Source: Nitrospirales bacterium (GTDB lineage: Bacteria > Nitrospirota > Nitrospiria > Nitrospirales > UBA8639). Taken from it: a stretch of 64,000 nt of DNA. Shown piece after piece: positions 9,450-19,054 of this stretch. Where the stretch lies: the NCBI GenBank assembly GCA_965223615.1, contig CBDCXB010000002.1, positions 114,267-178,266 on the forward strand. Reading direction: 5' to 3'. The notes beneath the pieces were generated by a model. The model made no database searches and was not told where the DNA came from. It saw nothing but the letters and a program-made list of their open reading frames with translations. How positions within the stretch are numbered: position 1 is the stretch's first letter; each line of letters begins with the position of its first letter. The translations under genes and the position numbers were made by a program.

Positions 9450-9965
9450 ATGCCCAATGGTGGATCGGATTGTTGCGGGACTTGTTGGTTCAACGCTAAG
9501 AATAAAGGGGAGGCTGGATATCAACATGCATCTGATCCGGGAACAGCATTTTGCATCATTCGGGATTTAGAGATAAGAAATCCCTTTTACACCTATTGCG
9601 CCAATCATCCCCATCGTTGTCCCAATCGGGATCCAATTCCTATAGGTCCGGTCTATACCGGTGACTCCTCCGGTGAGCGAAAGGTTTGGATGTGTTCGCC
9701 TGACTCAGAAGAAATTCGCCAGCATTTGCTCTTCCTGCTGGGTGAAATCGTGGAGCAACCACGCTCCGAGTACCCTATAGGAATCTATGCAGACGAAGCC
9801 GTCGTTTGGCAGTTGGGTGAATTCAGGGAACAGCGAGCTGTAAAGCACCTTCAGAGAATCCTGCAATTTCAGCCTGAAGCTGCTGAATCGGGACCGTTTG
9901 GCCGAACTCGTAAATATTTGATCCATCTTTCCCGCGATGCGTTAGGGAAGATTGAACGTGATTGA
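9450..9965 (+). CDS. Hypothetical protein with a Cys-rich N-terminus and HEAT-like C-terminus
   Basis: MPNGGSDCCGTCWFN...FCIIR...YCANHP, then helical AVVWQLGEFREQRAVKHL; purine-rich RBS. Confidence 0.75.
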   Translation: MPNGGSDCCGTCWFNAKNKGEAGYQHASDPGTAFCIIRDLEIRNPFYTYCANHPHRCPNRDPIPIGPVYTGDSSGERKVWMCSPDSEEIRQHLLFLLGEIVEQPRSEYPIGIYADEAVVWQLGEFREQRAVKHLQRILQFQPEAAESGPFGRTRKYLIHLSRDALGKIERD

Positions 9966-10080
9966 ATTTAGAAAACGATTGGAATCAATCCAATCTAACT
10001 ATTGAAAGTCTTTCGTTGAGTCAAACCGGAAAGTTATTGCCTGCCCATTTCCCAGGTACCGACACTTCCCTGAAAATGCT

Positions 10081-10254
10081 CTATGTTTGGGCCGTTTCTT
10101 GGCCTTGTTCGTCTTTTTTAGTTCTGCCGCCCAATTATCAAAAGTTGTTTTAGGACATGACCAGATTTGGGAGCTGGTGGCCTATTTTGATTTTGATAGG
10201 GAAGGAAATCGGCCGGCATGGTTTGCATCCAATGTACTTTTGTTGTGTACGTAA
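10081..10254 (+). pseudogene. Remnant of a membrane protein (FDFDREGNRPAWF motif)
   Basis: Manual translation LCLGRFLALFVFFSSAAQLSKVVLGHDQIWELVAYFDFDREGNRPAWFASNVLLLCT*. It resembles, from recall, the FdlDxExNxPxWF motif of polysaccharide-locus membrane proteins; truncated. Confidence 0.4.
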
Positions 10255-10520
10255 TGGCTTCCTTGAATTGTTTGTCAACAATGCATTACAAAGAACTCCT
10301 CCACAAAGTATAGGGTTTATCGATGTGTGATTTTTTCTTTTCGTCTATAGACGAATCCCTGGGAGCGCATGAACGGGGCATTTTGCCCTTGCAACGAGCT
10401 TGAGGGGTTGGAGGTTTTTTCTTGTGTCATTCCAGGGGCCTTGTTCCCGGCTATTTTTGCCCAAGTTTTTTCCCATTCTTCAATCTTCTGTTTACATCCT
10501 ATAAACAAAAAATTCTATTC

Positions 10521-10739
10521 TCAGGTTGTGTCTACGGTGGTGCAGCTCTCGACTTGTTCAGGCGGGACCGTTGCGACAATTCGCTTTGACGCGTCTAAAA
10601 TGAAACTTGAAACGCCGTGATCCAACAGAGTTTTGGCACTGGCTAGTCCGGTAGAGTCTCCTCCGACAATGATGACATCATAAGAATGAAGGATGCTGTA
10701 ATCCTGGATGATTGTTCCTCCCCCCCCATGAGTTGCCAA
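10521..10739 (-). pseudogene. Remnant of an FAD-dependent oxidoreductase N-terminus
   Basis: YDVIIVGGDSTGLASAKTLLDHGVSSFILDASKRI is a Rossmann beta-alpha-beta with a broken GxGxxG; the ORF stops shortly after. Confidence 0.6.
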
Positions 10740-11377
10740 ATATTATCATGTCGGGGTTTGGACGGGTTTGTCCATGATAGAAAGACGGATAGTACCGGCT
10801 TATCAATAATGGGATTACGGATTCGCCCCGAGTGAACCAATCCCTACTGAGGCATACACCAAAGATCCATCCTGAATGTCTGCGGAGAAGCCCCAATTTT
10901 TTGTTCTGAACTAGGCCCATTGCGATAGGAAAATTATGCTCGTTAAAGGGATGAGGCATGCTATCTTCGAATGCCTAGACCTGGTTTTCCCGCAGTTATT
11001 ACAGTTGAAGGGTGTCTGGCGAACGCTTGAGGAATTTTTCTCTTAAGACTCCTCTTTTAGTGGTCGATGAATATTATCGAAAGTGTATGATCTTCGGATG
11101 AGTGCACCTTTGTCAGGAAAGCGAATGGCTGTTAAGGATGAGTTGAGCCGTCATTGCAACATTATCACCAGATAGTATTGTTTCATAACATGGTTCCATA
11201 TTTACCACGAAGGCCGTTCTCAGTGCCTCCAAGTAGTCAGCCTCAATTGTTCGATTCCTAATCATGTCCTTCTGTCCCCCTCAGTTGTACCTCTCAAGGT
11301 CTAGAGACGAGCCCGCATTCCTGTATGAACACTTTAAGACGCCGGTTACCCTGTGCGCCTACTAAGGAATAAAATAT

Positions 11378-13246
11378 ATGTGTGGAATCTTTGGAATTAT
11401 CTATAACGATAATCAGCGTAAGCCTAGCGAAGATCAACTGCGACGCTCTGCTGAGCTTCTCACTCATCGTGGACCAGATGATTGTGGGATTTACAGTGAA
11501 GGAGGAATTGGACTTGTTCACACTCGTTTGGCACTCGTTGATCTCGATGTACGGAGTGCCCAACCGATGTGGGACCCAACGAATCGATATTGCTTGATCT
11601 ACAACGGAGAAATCTACAACTTTCGAGAGTTAAAAGAAAAATTGGTGGCTGCCGGTGTTCCATTTCGGACAACGAGTGATACCGAGGTTCTCATGCAGTC
11701 CCTGATCGTACTGGGAATAGAACAAACGTTACCAAAACTAAAGGGCATGTTTGCCTTCGCTTTCTACGATAGGCAACAACGACAAGTTCTCCTGGCGCGC
11801 GATCGCTTCGGTATCAAACCGTTACTGGTCTACCGCGACAAGACACAATTAATATTCTCATCAGAAGTAAAAGCCATGGGTCCATGGATTGAACTTAAGC
11901 CTAATGCGGCACGGATGACAAGTTTCTTGATGGCGTTCAAGCCTCCAGCACAGAACGCTTCGTTTTTCGAATACATCGATATCCTCCCCCCGGGAACAGG
12001 GATAAATCTGGATGTGGGAGCAAAACCGGTGGTACGCCACTACGGGGATGCCATCGATATGATTGATCCCGAGCGGTATGAATATCTTGCCAGGCTTAGT
12101 AAAGAACAAATCGTCGACCATGTGGATGAATTGTTGCAAGAATCGGTCGAAATGATGTTGATGGCAGACGCCCCGGTTGGGGCCTTATGTAGTGGGGGTG
12201 TAGATTCTTCCCTGATCATGGCGATGGCAGCTCGCAGACATCAGAACCTTGCGATCTTTCATGCCAATGTACTCGGTCCGTTGAGTGAATTCTCCGCAGC
12301 GAATGAACTCGCACGACACCTTAAACTGGATTTGTTAACTGTTGAGACTCGAGATGAGGATTTTCTCGAGTTAACTCCTGAAGTGCTTTGGCATTACGAA
12401 CAACCGTATTGGCAGCATCCGCATAGTGTGCCATTTTTGCAGGTGTCCAAGTTGGTGGAAAAAAGTGGTGTTAAGGCTGTTCTTACCGGTGAAGGTTCAG
12501 ATGAGTGCTTTCTTGGATACCCAAGGCTTGCCCAAGAGCCTCTTTGGGAATTCTACCGAAAGCAAATCGATAGAGTGTCTCGTATCGTTCGTGCGATTCC
12601 AAAAGTGGGAGATTGTTTGTGGGCTCAGCCCAGCCGGGAACATTCCCTTATTGGGAGGATGTTGACACAATTCGAAATAATTTCAAATGAGACTAGGGCG
12701 CGAAGGGAATTTGTGAAAAAGTGGGGCAGACAGCCAGACCGCGGGATTCGTAGCCTGGATCTCATGACTCACCATTTACGGACGTTATTGCATCGCAATG
12801 ACACCATGGGTATGGCAGCAAGTATAGAATCCCGTTTTCCTTTTCTGCATGAAGATCTGGTCAGGACGGCGATCAATCTTCCTTATGAGTACAAAATTCG
12901 ATTCCAAGCGAACGTTTGGGAGAAAAACCACCCTTTCCTTAGAGATAAATGGGTCATACGTGCCGTGGCTGACCGGTACCTACCAAAAAGTTTAAGCCAA
13001 CGAAAGAAACTTGGATTTCACGTGTCCACCTTTCATCGCGTGCGAATCCCCAAGCGGTATTTTCAAGGCGGATTTGTGGCGGATTTCTTCAACCTTAGGG
13101 ATCACGAACTTAACCTATTATTCGAAAACAACAACCAGGATCTCGAAGTCAGGATGATGATGTTGGAGGCATGGGCACAAATTTTCATCGAGGGAACAAG
13201 CCAGGGCGCAGTTGGTGATCAATTATGCGAGTACGCACATTTCTAA
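11378..13246 (+). CDS. asnB: Asparagine synthetase B-like glutamine amidotransferase
   Basis: N-terminal MCGI (Ntn Cys), HRGPD, YNGEIYNF, RDRFGIKPL, SGGVDSS and TGEGSDE motifs. Confidence 0.93.
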   Translation: MCGIFGIIYNDNQRKPSEDQLRRSAELLTHRGPDDCGIYSEGGIGLVHTRLALVDLDVRSAQPMWDPTNRYCLIYNGEIYNFRELKEKLVAAGVPFRTTSDTEVLMQSLIVLGIEQTLPKLKGMFAFAFYDRQQRQVLLARDRFGIKPLLVYRDKTQLIFSSEVKAMGPWIELKPNAARMTSFLMAFKPPAQNASFFEYIDILPPGTGINLDVGAKPVVRHYGDAIDMIDPERYEYLARLSKEQIVDHVDELLQESVEMMLMADAPVGALCSGGVDSSLIMAMAARRHQNLAIFHANVLGPLSEFSAANELARHLKLDLLTVETRDEDFLELTPEVLWHYEQPYWQHPHSVPFLQVSKLVEKSGVKAVLTGEGSDECFLGYPRLAQEPLWEFYRKQIDRVSRIVRAIPKVGDCLWAQPSREHSLIGRMLTQFEIISNETRARREFVKKWGRQPDRGIRSLDLMTHHLRTLLHRNDTMGMAASIESRFPFLHEDLVRTAINLPYEYKIRFQANVWEKNHPFLRDKWVIRAVADRYLPKSLSQRKKLGFHVSTFHRVRIPKRYFQGGFVADFFNLRDHELNLLFENNNQDLEVRMMMLEAWAQIFIEGTSQGAVGDQLCEYAHF

Positions 13247-14549
13247 ACGGGGGTCTGTTGAGTCTTGCAATTTAACCTAGCCCGGTCGAAATTGAGTCGG
13301 TTTGCATTCTCCCGGTTAATAACGCAGCTGGCTTGCCAGGAAAGATTAAAAAAAAATATTTATCAGGAAGGAGAACGTAAGTCAGGTAAAAATTGAACCC
13401 GGAGATACTCGATTTCCTCGACAGACCACCTGGGACACATCACAGATCGAAAAACAGGAATCGTTTTTTCGCCCCTACCGTTGTGACGTACTTTTCATTA
13501 AGTTTTCTTGAGAGGCCTTCCAGAAAAAGCTTTTTGCCCAGTTCACTTCTCTTCTCATTCTTGTAAAATTACAGTCTTTGAAAAAATTATCCCAATTGAG
13601 TCTTCGATTAGGAATATCCCCAGGTCTGGTTTTTGGGAGCCGTGGTTGACTGTAGCTCATATCCACAAGTGCGAGTTGACGTGCTCCCTTTAACCCTACA
13701 AAAGAAATACGACGAATCAAGCTATACACTGCTTAATTAAAATTTTTGAATGCAATTTGAAGGCCAGCTATTTGTTCTCGCAACAAGTACTATGTTTCGG
13801 TGGTTTTTCGAGTTCATCAGACTCAAAAAATGTTAAGTAGATTACAATCCGATCTTCCAGTAAGATATTGAAAAATAATTTCAAACTTTTGTTGAACCAT
13901 TTCCTTTTGAGGTTCGACATACTCGTCGAAATACCCAGTTCCCCTCGTTCCGAGGGAACATGACAACAATTCAAGGAAATGGTCGGCAGCTGCTGAGCGA
14001 TTTTCTCGTTCATGGCTCCTTGACCGTTATTTTTCATAAGAAGAAGAAAGGTTGTCTTCATGGTAGGCATAAGATATTCGGATATACGGTGGATGCAGGC
14101 CTCAATCGGTAATCAGGGTCCTTCACTCACCAATTTTTTCCAAAAATATTAAAGCGTTTCATTACAATCTCGAATGTCCTGACAAGCTCTTTGTCCGGGG
14201 AAGTTGGTATAGATGTTAAAAACCTCTGACCAATGAAGGAAAAGCCTAAGATCATGCATGATTTCCAACGAAAATTCGTATTTGTCTATGGATGATTCAT
14301 GGCATGCTTCCATGACTAACATTTTTACCTAAATATTTTACGAAAGGAGGGTGTATGAAATGCATGCTGGGTTCAACGGCAAAAGCCGCTGGGCCAAGAA
14401 TGCCGGAGGATTTTGATCCTGAGATGTGATTTAATTCGATGTTTTTGAGTTGAATGAAAGAAAGGAGGATGCATTTTTTTCTATGCTCAACTATCACTTA
14501 AGAAACCAAGGCATCGGAAGATGCCTCAAATCGTAAAGGGAGAACGTAT

Positions 14550-15758
14550 ATGAGTCTGAGAAAACCAATAATTATCATGACTGCAATCGCTGGGTTGGCC
14601 ATGAGCGGAACCGCTTGGTCGCACAGCGATGCAGATCCCGTGCAAGCAGGAAACCTGCAAGCCCTTACTGAGGAATCGAACCTTGTGGTCCATGGTTCAG
14701 TCGTAGGAGTTGAATATCAGACCGTGACGGAAAATGGGGAAACGGTGCCCCAAACACGCGTCACCTACGAAGTGAAGGAGACGATTCGTGGAAAAGCCGA
14801 CGGCCAGACGGTTACGCTCCAGTTCCCTGGCGGGGCTGATGGCATGGGTGGGTTTCTTGCTGTCAGCGGAGTCCCCCTTTTCCAGAAGGGAGAGGAGGAC
14901 ATCCTTTTCGTCAAAGATAACGGTGAGGCGAGCGATTGTCCTCTGGTCAAATGCGAATTCGGTCGCTATCGAGTCACCAAGGGGCAGATCTTTAACGCCC
15001 ACGGAAAACCTGTGAGGGCCATCAAGGGGAATAACGCCATTGCGCGTGGTAGTAGTACCCCGGCCTTCAATACCTTCAGTTACCCTGCGCCTAAATTTGA
15101 TGATTTGATCAAGAATCCTCAAGTCAAAGCAGCCCTTGCTCAGCGAGGGATGTCGGAGCAGCAAGCACGCGCGGAATACGCCAAGAGTGCCCCTAAGACG
15201 ATTACACTCTATGCCGACGTACCGACGGCCGGCCGAGGTAATGATTCAGCCAACAAGGACCCACTTGAAGAAAAAGCTAAACAAGGGACGAAGGGAAAGG
15301 CCCGGGGTCCTCAGATGAGGAAGGAAATCGGTAAAGGGGCTATGTCAAAGGCTGAATTTTTCTCCAAGATCAGGGGGTTAGGGAAAAAGGCCAAGCGCCG
15401 CCCGAATGCCGTGAAGAATGCGCGTAAGGGGGGCAAGATGAGCCTTAAGAAACCCGGATTTCAGAAAACTGTTCGGGCCCCGCAGCCACCTAAAGCTCCC
15501 GGTTTGAAGAGGCAGGCCAGTGCAGCGGACGAAAACGAGGTCAAGGCATTAAGAGGCAATAAGGGCAACCCAGTCCTGAAAGGAAGGCCACAGAATCTCA
15601 AGCCAGGCACGAAACCTCGACAACCGAACCTTAACCAACGCCGGAAACCTGGGCAACGGAGCCGTAATCCGGTTCGCTCACGAGGGATTGATTCATCTCC
15701 CCAACTGGTGATTCCCGATCCCGAACCACCGGCACTTCCGAATACTGAAACGAAATAG
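14550..15758 (+). CDS. Secreted protein with a matrixin-associated prodomain-like beta domain and a long basic low-complexity tail
   Basis: Signal peptide ending AWS; LVVHGSVVGVEY...TRVTYEVKETIRG...LQFPGG...GVPLFQKGEEDILF pattern seen before metalloprotease domains; K/R/P-rich C-terminus. Confidence 0.75.
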   Translation: MSLRKPIIIMTAIAGLAMSGTAWSHSDADPVQAGNLQALTEESNLVVHGSVVGVEYQTVTENGETVPQTRVTYEVKETIRGKADGQTVTLQFPGGADGMGGFLAVSGVPLFQKGEEDILFVKDNGEASDCPLVKCEFGRYRVTKGQIFNAHGKPVRAIKGNNAIARGSSTPAFNTFSYPAPKFDDLIKNPQVKAALAQRGMSEQQARAEYAKSAPKTITLYADVPTAGRGNDSANKDPLEEKAKQGTKGKARGPQMRKEIGKGAMSKAEFFSKIRGLGKKAKRRPNAVKNARKGGKMSLKKPGFQKTVRAPQPPKAPGLKRQASAADENEVKALRGNKGNPVLKGRPQNLKPGTKPRQPNLNQRRKPGQRSRNPVRSRGIDSSPQLVIPDPEPPALPNTETK

Positions 15759-15793
15759 GGACCATGCCTAGCAACTAATCAAAGGAGATAACC

Positions 15794-16882
15794 ATGAAAG
15801 CATTGTTAACACTCGTTGTGGCCATCACGATTGGCGTCTTTGCCCAGGACGCCTTCGCATACAGCTACAAGTATTGTGGCAGCACTTCAAATAAGATCAA
15901 GTGGGGCGGGACCAGTAAGAGACTCTATGCCAGCACGACAAGCTTTCCGGCCGGATACTGGCAGAATGGGATACAGAATACCATCAACATCATGAACCAA
16001 AACCCCAGCAAATTTCGCTACTCCCTGTCGATGGACTCGGGTGGTGTGGGCCGGGGCAATGGACAATCAGAAATATGGTTCTCCTCGTCCCTCTGTAGCC
16101 CTGCGTGTGCCTATCAGTATTATTCATGTTATTGGCTCTTTGGCTGGCGCTATGGAGTGAATGAGGTGGACATCGTGTACAGTACCTCCACCTCATGGAC
16201 CGCGAGTACCGCCAAAAGTAATTTGATCCGCTATGGAGGGACGAGACGTTCGCTCCAGTCAACCGGGGTGCATGAGCTAGGTCATGGTCTCATCCTCAAC
16301 CATGTGAACACCAAATACAATATCATGGGGACCGACTTTGAGCATATGCATGCCAATGGCGGGACCGTCCGCACCTATCTCGGCGAGGACGCCGCCAATG
16401 GAATGGTCTTCCTGTATGGAAATCGTGGGGGCTGGCAGGATTTGGCCGTCACACACTGGAAATATTCTGGAGCCTCCGGAGAATACAGTGATCACACCAG
16501 GACGGTCATTTATAGTAGCGGCGGCTCCGTACTTCCTGCCATTACTATTAATGGAGAAACAGGACGACGCGTGTCTCGTGGTACCTGGGTCAAGGCTGAA
16601 TTCACGTTTGAGAACAATGGATCGGATACGCAAAGCAGTGTGCCCGTTGGTTTCTACATCTCGACCAACGATTACATCTCGACATACGATCGCAGAGTGT
16701 CTACCCGCACGCTCACCCTGGCTCGAGATAATCCGTACACTTCAACGAGCTGGGTGTACATTCCGTCCGACCTGACGCGAGGCCGAAACTACTGGCTCGG
16801 CGTTATTGTCGACTACACGAACGTCAAACCGGAAGCGATTGAGTATAACAACGCGACCTATATCCCCATACGTATCAATTAA
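15794..16882 (+). CDS. Secreted metzincin (matrixin-like) zinc metalloprotease with a C-terminal CARDB-like domain
   Basis: AAGGAG RBS; signal peptide ending AFA; HELGHGLILNH plus Met-turn NIMG; C-terminal FTFENNG...VGFYISTN...LGVIVD...E.NN. Confidence 0.85.
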   Translation: MKALLTLVVAITIGVFAQDAFAYSYKYCGSTSNKIKWGGTSKRLYASTTSFPAGYWQNGIQNTINIMNQNPSKFRYSLSMDSGGVGRGNGQSEIWFSSSLCSPACAYQYYSCYWLFGWRYGVNEVDIVYSTSTSWTASTAKSNLIRYGGTRRSLQSTGVHELGHGLILNHVNTKYNIMGTDFEHMHANGGTVRTYLGEDAANGMVFLYGNRGGWQDLAVTHWKYSGASGEYSDHTRTVIYSSGGSVLPAITINGETGRRVSRGTWVKAEFTFENNGSDTQSSVPVGFYISTNDYISTYDRRVSTRTLTLARDNPYTSTSWVYIPSDLTRGRNYWLGVIVDYTNVKPEAIEYNNATYIPIRIN

Positions 16883-16901
16883 CTCCTAATCCTTCACCAC
16901 G

Positions 16902-16934
16902 GAGGTGTGGGCAGGGAATCCCTGCCCACACCTC
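16902..16934. terminator. Bidirectional hairpin between convergent genes
   Basis: Perfect 16-bp inverted repeat gaggtgtgggcaggga-a-tccctgcccacacctc. Confidence 0.75.
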
Positions 16935-16956
16935 AGGTGTGGCGAATCGATGTCAT

Positions 16957-17397
16957 TTAGCGAATGGCAATCGTGAAGCTGAATGTCTGCTCAGAAGTTG
17001 TTCCTGTCACCGGATTGCGTAAATCGAAGGTGACTTTCCCTGACCCACCAGAATACGTTTGAAAACGAAAGACTTGGACCGGCCCTGTCTCAGATTTGCG
17101 ACTCCCCATGTCCTTGGCCTTCGTAAGGGGGAGACCATCCTCGACCCGAGGTTCCCACGCAGCAGGGGCATCGGCCAATGGTAGTTCAAATTCCAGCCAG
17201 TCTCCGGATTCCACCTCTACTGTGCGTCCCACATCCGCCTTGGTGATAACATGAACGGGGATGGCCATCCCTGGTAAGGGTTCATTGTCGTTGTTCCTTT
17301 GTCCGCAGGCAGTTCCCAAAAGGCTAGCGAACAGTATGCTTAGCAGGAAGATTGGTACCATATTGTAGTAGGTGATCATATGATTTCTTTTTCGCAT
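16957..17397 (-). CDS. Lipoprotein with a chagasin / I42 protease-inhibitor-like domain
   Basis: GGAGG RBS before ATG 17397; lipobox LGTAC; ADVGRTVEVESGDWLEFELP...W...QVFRFQTYSGGSGKVTFDLRNP...TFSFTIAI pattern. Confidence 0.65.
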   Translation of the reverse strand: MRKRNHMITYYNMVPIFLLSILFASLLGTACGQRNNDNEPLPGMAIPVHVITKADVGRTVEVESGDWLEFELPLADAPAAWEPRVEDGLPLTKAKDMGSRKSETGPVQVFRFQTYSGGSGKVTFDLRNPVTGTTSEQTFSFTIAIR

Positions 17398-17797
17398 TTC
17401 TGGTCCTCCCTGTGTTCGGTAATACCTGGCCAGCCAGCAACAATGATGGGTAACGATTTGTGAACATATTGTCTTTCTTGACGGATAAACACGAATGCCT
17501 GTTGGTTGCAGTCTCATTATATAATATTTTGAAAGCTAGACGGAGACGTGCCAAGAAGGATAGCCGGGCTCAAGGGATCCAACGGGATGTTTTAAACCTA
17601 GGTCAAACAAGAAAGCAGCCAACGGAGGGAATTCCAAAATCCACTCCCCTAAAGTGGTGGGGATTGTGAGTTGAATCCAAAGTCACATGAATTTTTGGGC
17701 CGTCTTTAGATCTCCAGAATACCATAACCAAGTTGGGTCAGGCCGGTGCTGAAATGCGGAGGGTTGAAGGTTAATGGAGGAAGCATTTAAGCCTATA

Positions 17798-17845
17798 TGG
17801 AGCTAGTGAAGGGAATCGAACCCCCAACCTGGGGTTTACAAAACC
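17798..17845 (-). repeat. att-like direct repeat of the tRNA-Thr 3' end
   Basis: 48 nt matching 22116..22163 at 45/48 positions, same orientation. Confidence 0.9.
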
Positions 17846-18435
17846 TTTCAGGCACAGAAGAAGAGGACACTTCAAACCCCTCTCCAGAAAAGCAAAGCGA
17901 TGAATTAGAAGAGGATTCTATATAAATTAGACGTTGCATCTGATTGCATAGCATTGCGGGAAGTTGCATCAATTAGGTTACATTTTTGGTTACAGTTGCA
18001 TCACGATTCTTCTCTTATGCCAGCCCCCCTGCGTACTTCATTCCTATAAAAAAGACCTCCTCCTTTTCACCCAAATCTACCCATGAAGCCACTATTCCTT
18101 CATGGGTAGGGGGTACTTCAAATATCCAACCCCACTCCCCCCTCCAAATAGCCCTGGTGGCTTGTAGGGCGAGACAAAAGAAAAAGGTTTACCAAGATGG
18201 TAAACGTCTGTCGGGTGATTTTAGACCCCGGTGACCCCTGGTCTTGCCCCACACCTCCCAAGGCCCACGTCGCAAGACGCACATCGCATGTTGTAGACCA
18301 TCAGTCACACAGAACAGTAGGAAAAACGTAGGATCGGAGAGGTGCGTGGCATGCCCAAGTGACTTGTACCTGATGACTTGTGTCTTGGGAATTGGGCCAC
18401 ACCGCTAAGCAGGTAGTAAGCAAGGATGTGCAAAC

Positions 18436-18471
18436 AAAAAAGCCCCACACCCTTAAAGTGTGAGGCTTTTT
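18436..18471 (-). terminator. Intrinsic terminator after the PEP-CTERM gene
   Basis: aaaaaagccccacac-ccttaaa-gtgtgaggcttttt with T/A tracts on both sides. Confidence 0.7.
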
Positions 18472-18496
18472 CAATATCCACTTACTTGTCGTTTTT

Positions 18497-19054
18497 TCAG
18501 GCTGTTTTCTGCTTCCGATACCGCCAGAATCCTAACCCAGCTAAGCCTGTGCCGAAGAGGATCATAGTGGAGGGTTCGGGGATGGGTGCGGTGGTCACAA
18601 CACCCTTGGTTACCAGGATGCTGGTGCCACCCTGAGTCCCTGCACAGGCGGGAAATCCCCCACCGCCCATATTACATTCACCTTCCCTAGAAGTCATTTG
18701 TGTCGTGTCGATATCGACAGTGCCACCGGCATCAGTTAACGGGGACGAAAATAAAAGGACGAGTATTGGGTCATTCCCATTCGGAGTGTTATCGGTGAGG
18801 GCACTTAACCGATCAGGGCCAGAGGGGTTAAAGGCGTTGGGGTTTTCAAACGTATAGGTATTTGGGGTCGTTGTCATGATCATAATGTTGGAATATGTAT
18901 CGGTTGTTCGGTCATAGTCAAATGACCCATCGGCGGTAGCCCCGTTCTCAAACATCACGTCTTGCAAATGCCAGGTTAAGTTGAGGCCAAATGCAGGGAA
19001 GGTGAACGCCATAGTGAAAAGAACAACACTAATCCCAAAAAAAGTTTTATTCAT
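18497..19054 (-). CDS. PEP-CTERM sorting domain-containing secreted protein
   Basis: Signal peptide; C-terminal PIPEPSTMILFGTGLAGLGFWRYRKQK. Confidence 0.93.
   Translation of the reverse strand: MNKTFFGISVVLFTMAFTFPAFGLNLTWHLQDVMFENGATADGSFDYDRTTDTYSNIMIMTTTPNTYTFENPNAFNPSGPDRLSALTDNTPNGNDPILVLLFSSPLTDAGGTVDIDTTQMTSREGECNMGGGGFPACAGTQGGTSILVTKGVVTTAPIPEPSTMILFGTGLAGLGFWRYRKQKTA

Noticed and set aside
17798-17845. Second tRNA-Thr
   Set aside because: Only the anticodon-to-CCA half is present, with no D-arm or 5' acceptor strand; it is an att repeat.
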